The notes beneath the pieces are model-generated. The model was not told the origin of the DNA. It ran no database searches and worked only from the letters and a program-made list of their open reading frames with translations. Made by a program: the position numbers and the translations under genes. A DNA stretch of 56,154 bases, from NCBI GenBank assembly GCA_052055015.1, contig JBQJIT010000024.1; one strand, given 5' to 3'. Of the stretch, positions 53,271 to 56,154 are shown one piece after another. The stretch comes from Malassezia furfur (taxonomy: Eukaryota). Positions within the stretch are counted from its first letter, which is position 1; every line of letters starts with the position of its first letter.

Positions 53271-54095
53271 ATGCCTGCCGAGGCCGAGAAGGCGCCGCCG
53301 CGGCAGGTGGCCGGGCATCCCGGCGTACTGCTTGCGTCGGAGCATGCCGCGCAGGTGGTGAAGCAGTGCCCAGCACAGGAGGCACACTTTTACGAGCTGG
53401 TGCACCGTGGTACGGAGCCTGCGCATGCGCTGATGCGTGCGTGCATGCCGCAGTGCTTCGGCATCCGCGTGGATGGCGAAAGCGTGCCTGGCTGGGCACC
53501 GCTCGACACGGACGCGCCCAATGCGGTACGCCTCGAGAACCTCACGCACCCCTTTGTGCATGCAGACGTGTGCGACATCAAGCTCGGCACGCTGCTGTAC
53601 GACGAGCGCCCGGGCTACACCGACGACGCGAAGATTGCCCGGATGCAGCACAAGGCGCGCACGACGACTAGCGGCATCTACGGGATGCGCATTGCCGGTT
53701 GGACGACATGGGATGGCGCGAACTACGAGTTTGTTGGCAAGGAGCCCGGCAAGGCCGCGCAGTCGCTCGAGGACATGGCCGAGCTCCTGGCGCGCGCGCT
53801 GCGGACACACGCAGCGCCGCGGCGGCACACGATTGCGCGGGCACTGCTGCCGCGCATAGAGGCACTGCGTGCGCGTGTCGCGCAAGTGCCCGCGCAGCTG
53901 CGGAGCATGAGCGTGCTCTTGGTCGTCGAGGGCGACGACGCGGCACTGGACCGCGCGCAAGATACCCCTGCACAGGTGTGCGACGCACGCCTAATCGACT
54001 TTGCGCACTCGCGCTGGAGCGTCGACGAGGGCGTGGATCATGGCGTGCAGCGTGGGCTCGCGACCTTGGCGCAGATCTTGGAGCTATGGTGCTGA
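53271..54095 (+). CDS. Inositol polyphosphate multikinase (Ipk2/Arg82 family)
   Basis: QVAGH, EAHFYE, LENLT, DIKLGT.LYD, TTSG.YGMRI.G and RLIDFAH. An upstream in-frame ATG at 53223 overlaps the previous stop. Confidence 0.9.
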   Translation: MPAEAEKAPPRQVAGHPGVLLASEHAAQVVKQCPAQEAHFYELVHRGTEPAHALMRACMPQCFGIRVDGESVPGWAPLDTDAPNAVRLENLTHPFVHADVCDIKLGTLLYDERPGYTDDAKIARMQHKARTTTSGIYGMRIAGWTTWDGANYEFVGKEPGKAAQSLEDMAELLARALRTHAAPRRHTIARALLPRIEALRARVAQVPAQLRSMSVLLVVEGDDAALDRAQDTPAQVCDARLIDFAHSRWSVDEGVDHGVQRGLATLAQILELWC

Positions 54096-55856
54096 GAGAC
54101 GCGCCGCGTGCTCTGTCCAGCGGCGTGCCTCGTCGTCCGCGTGGGTATCGCGCGCATCGGCGTGCACGGCATCGGCGACCGCCGTGCACAGCGCGTGCGG
54201 CGTTGGGCCGTCGGCGGGCGGCGGGTGCATGCGCGCATACGCCGCGTACTCGTCCGCGAGGCGGAAGAGCTCGGTGCGCATACGCGCAAAGCCGCTATGG
54301 AGCGTGCCCTCGAGGGGCGCGTGGATGCGCAGCACCGCCGACAAGGTCGCGGCGTATGCGTGAAAGACGCGCTGGAGTGCGTCCGCAACAGGCTCCTTGC
54401 GCTGGGCGAGGTCTGTCGGCGTCTCGTCCGCCGGCGCCGTCCACCACTCGAGGAGGCTTGCGGCGCGTGGCGCCGTTGCACGTCCGACGCCGAGCGCCGC
54501 GAGTGCATGCACCTCGGCGTCGAGCGCGCGTGCGATCAGCGCCCATGTGGCAAGCAAGGGCCGCATCAACACCGACTCAAGCTCGGGCGCAAGGCAGTGC
54601 CGCGCGCGCGCGGTATTGAGGAGTGACTGCAGCAGCGTCGCCAGCACCACGAGCTCGACGAGAGGCAGCGATGGCACGGCCAGCACTGCGTCGCACATCT
54701 CGTGGAAGTACGCGATGGCCGGCTCCATCACCTGGCGCCACGTCTCGTTGGTGACAGCGGCGTGCGTGCTGTGCTCCTGTGCCTCGTCTTCGGACAAGCT
54801 TAGCATCGCGCTGGGCGGCAACGTATCTGGCGCGTCGTGCATGCCCACCGCCGAAAAGAAGCGCGCAAGGAACGCATACTCGGAACACGCCGTGTCGGTA
54901 AACACCAGCGCAAGCGTGTGAAAGAGGTGCTCGGGCGAGGCGCGAAAGTGGGCGTCCTCGCTCATGTATGCCAGCACCGCCGGCGCGGCAGCCGTGTGCG
55001 CCTGCGCAAATTGCAGACGCTCTACCGGGAAGGGCGGCGCATGGCGCAAGGCCGCGACGATGGTCGTCGTCGCCTCGGTCCAGCGCGGCAGCAGGCGTCG
55101 CAACTCGCGCACGTAGCGACGGAACGCGGTCTCGTAGTACAAACGCGCCGCATTGACGTACGCCAATTGCACTTCACCGGCCGTGCGCGGCGCATGCGCC
55201 GCGAGAAAGTGGTACAGCGGCTGGTTGTGGGGTAGCAGCACGGAAAACTGCAGGATGGGCGTCGTCGTCGCGACCGATGTGCGCAGCGGCTGCACCACTG
55301 CCAACAGGTGCGGTCGGATACGTGCAACGGCGAGGCGCTGGGCCTGCTCGCCAACAGCACGCACCTCGGCGAGCGCGGCGGCATCTGCGCATGGTGCGCC
55401 ATCCTCACGCACACATCGCAGCTGTGCATCCAGCGCGCGTACCGCACGTTTCCATGCATGCACATCTTCGTCGATTGGCGTGTGCAGCAGCGTGCGAATG
55501 ACCACCGGTGAGAGCGCTGCGGTGTGCAGCCAGTCACCGAGCTGCGCCTCGTCGGCAACGCGCTCACGTAGTTGCACCTCGAGCGTCTGCGAGGTGTCCT
55601 GGAGCTGCTGGATGTGCTCCGAGGCGGCCATGAGCTGCGCACAGAAGGACTCAAGCTGCGCCCGCATCGTGCCGAGGTTCGCCTGCGCATCGGTGACCTG
55701 CGCCGCGACAGCCTCCAGCGCAGACTGCTGTACATCCGGTCCTGCGTCGCGCGTACCATCCAGCTTGGCACACGCATCACGACACAGCGCCTGCACGCTC
55801 GTATTTGCCGCGCGCGTCGCAGCCTCGAGCGGCGCGGCGAGCGCTGCGCCGGCCAT
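54084..55856 (-). CDS. VPS52: GARP complex subunit Vps52/Sac2
   Basis: Coiled-coil N-terminus (IQQLQDTS...LEVQL), RIR..LL...PLRTSV, PLYHFLAAHAP..A.EVQLAYVNAARLYYETAFRRY and DTACSEYAFL..FF. The start is uncertain because the frame is open to the window edge. Confidence 0.85.
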   Translation of the reverse strand: MAGAALAAPLEAATRAANTSVQALCRDACAKLDGTRDAGPDVQQSALEAVAAQVTDAQANLGTMRAQLESFCAQLMAASEHIQQLQDTSQTLEVQLRERVADEAQLGDWLHTAALSPVVIRTLLHTPIDEDVHAWKRAVRALDAQLRCVREDGAPCADAAALAEVRAVGEQAQRLAVARIRPHLLAVVQPLRTSVATTTPILQFSVLLPHNQPLYHFLAAHAPRTAGEVQLAYVNAARLYYETAFRRYVRELRRLLPRWTEATTTIVAALRHAPPFPVERLQFAQAHTAAAPAVLAYMSEDAHFRASPEHLFHTLALVFTDTACSEYAFLARFFSAVGMHDAPDTLPPSAMLSLSEDEAQEHSTHAAVTNETWRQVMEPAIAYFHEMCDAVLAVPSLPLVELVVLATLLQSLLNTARARHCLAPELESVLMRPLLATWALIARALDAEVHALAALGVGRATAPRAASLLEWWTAPADETPTDLAQRKEPVADALQRVFHAYAATLSAVLRIHAPLEGTLHSGFARMRTELFRLADEYAAYARMHPPPADGPTPHALCTAVADAVHADARDTHADDEARRWTEHAARLSAP

Positions 55857-56154
55857 GGTGTCGAGAATGGAGGCGTGTACTATCGACAGGGTATCTACCA
55901 CGCGCCGCCCGGCGCGTGCGCCAGCGACGAAGAAAGCAGCCGGCTCGGCGTGCGCGGCGTGTCGCGCGGCGTGCCACGCACGGTCGGCGCACTCCGACCC
56001 TGCGTGTGGGGCGTATCGACGACGCGCGCGCGCGCCCCGGGCGCGGCCCGTGTCCGCACACAGCACGGCGAGCACATCGATGCGCCGCGCCGCCATAACC
56101 GCGCGCAGCGCGAGCCACCACGCGCGCCACTCGGCCTCGGCGGCCGCGTGTGTC

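Noticed and set aside
1..56154. Mobile elements, CRISPR arrays, rRNA, centromeric AT-rich trough, telomeric arrays
   Set aside because: I saw no transposase/RT motifs, terminal repeats, spacer-repeat arrays, rRNA signatures, extended AT-rich region or tandem telomere repeats.

Overview
This is gene-dense eukaryotic DNA from a basidiomycete yeast, most likely Malassezia (inferred from gene content, high GC, tiny intergenic spacers and very short introns). I reconstructed about 33 protein-coding genes by hand. They include eL18, a Flo8/Som1-like LisH poly-Q regulator, AP-1 mu1, a RhoGEF, a BadF-type sugar kinase, a ketopantoate reductase-like protein, an HbrB/Bit61 protein, V-ATPase subunit f, MsrA, Ubc6/UBE2J, a 2OG-Fe(II) dioxygenase, an MP88-like mannoprotein, a fatty acid hydroxylase, a TLC protein, Uba4, importin-11, carboxypeptidase Y, a SNF2-RING helicase, ALKBH6, Wee1, an HxxxD acyltransferase, kynureninase, NDUFC2, eS6, uS15, a class-3 lipase, a Zap1-like factor, Ipk2 and Vps52. 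No tRNA, rRNA, CRISPR array or transposon was recognised. The main observations are: (1) 19 of 32 inferred introns are only 22-27 nt with a fused branch-acceptor, one of them a 22-nt GC-AG intron, while ribosomal protein genes keep 35-47 nt introns mostly with TACTAAC; (2) a degenerate histidine-phosphatase domain is fused to the TORC2-associated HbrB/Bit61 domain; (3) an acyltransferase ends in a CaaX box; (4) genes are extremely tightly packed, with abutting or overlapping stop codons and a 33-bp divergent spacer; (5) TCACGTG E-boxes recur in promoters; (6) eS6 lacks the terminal RRxSS phospho-motif. All splice models and domain calls are by eye, not from searches.
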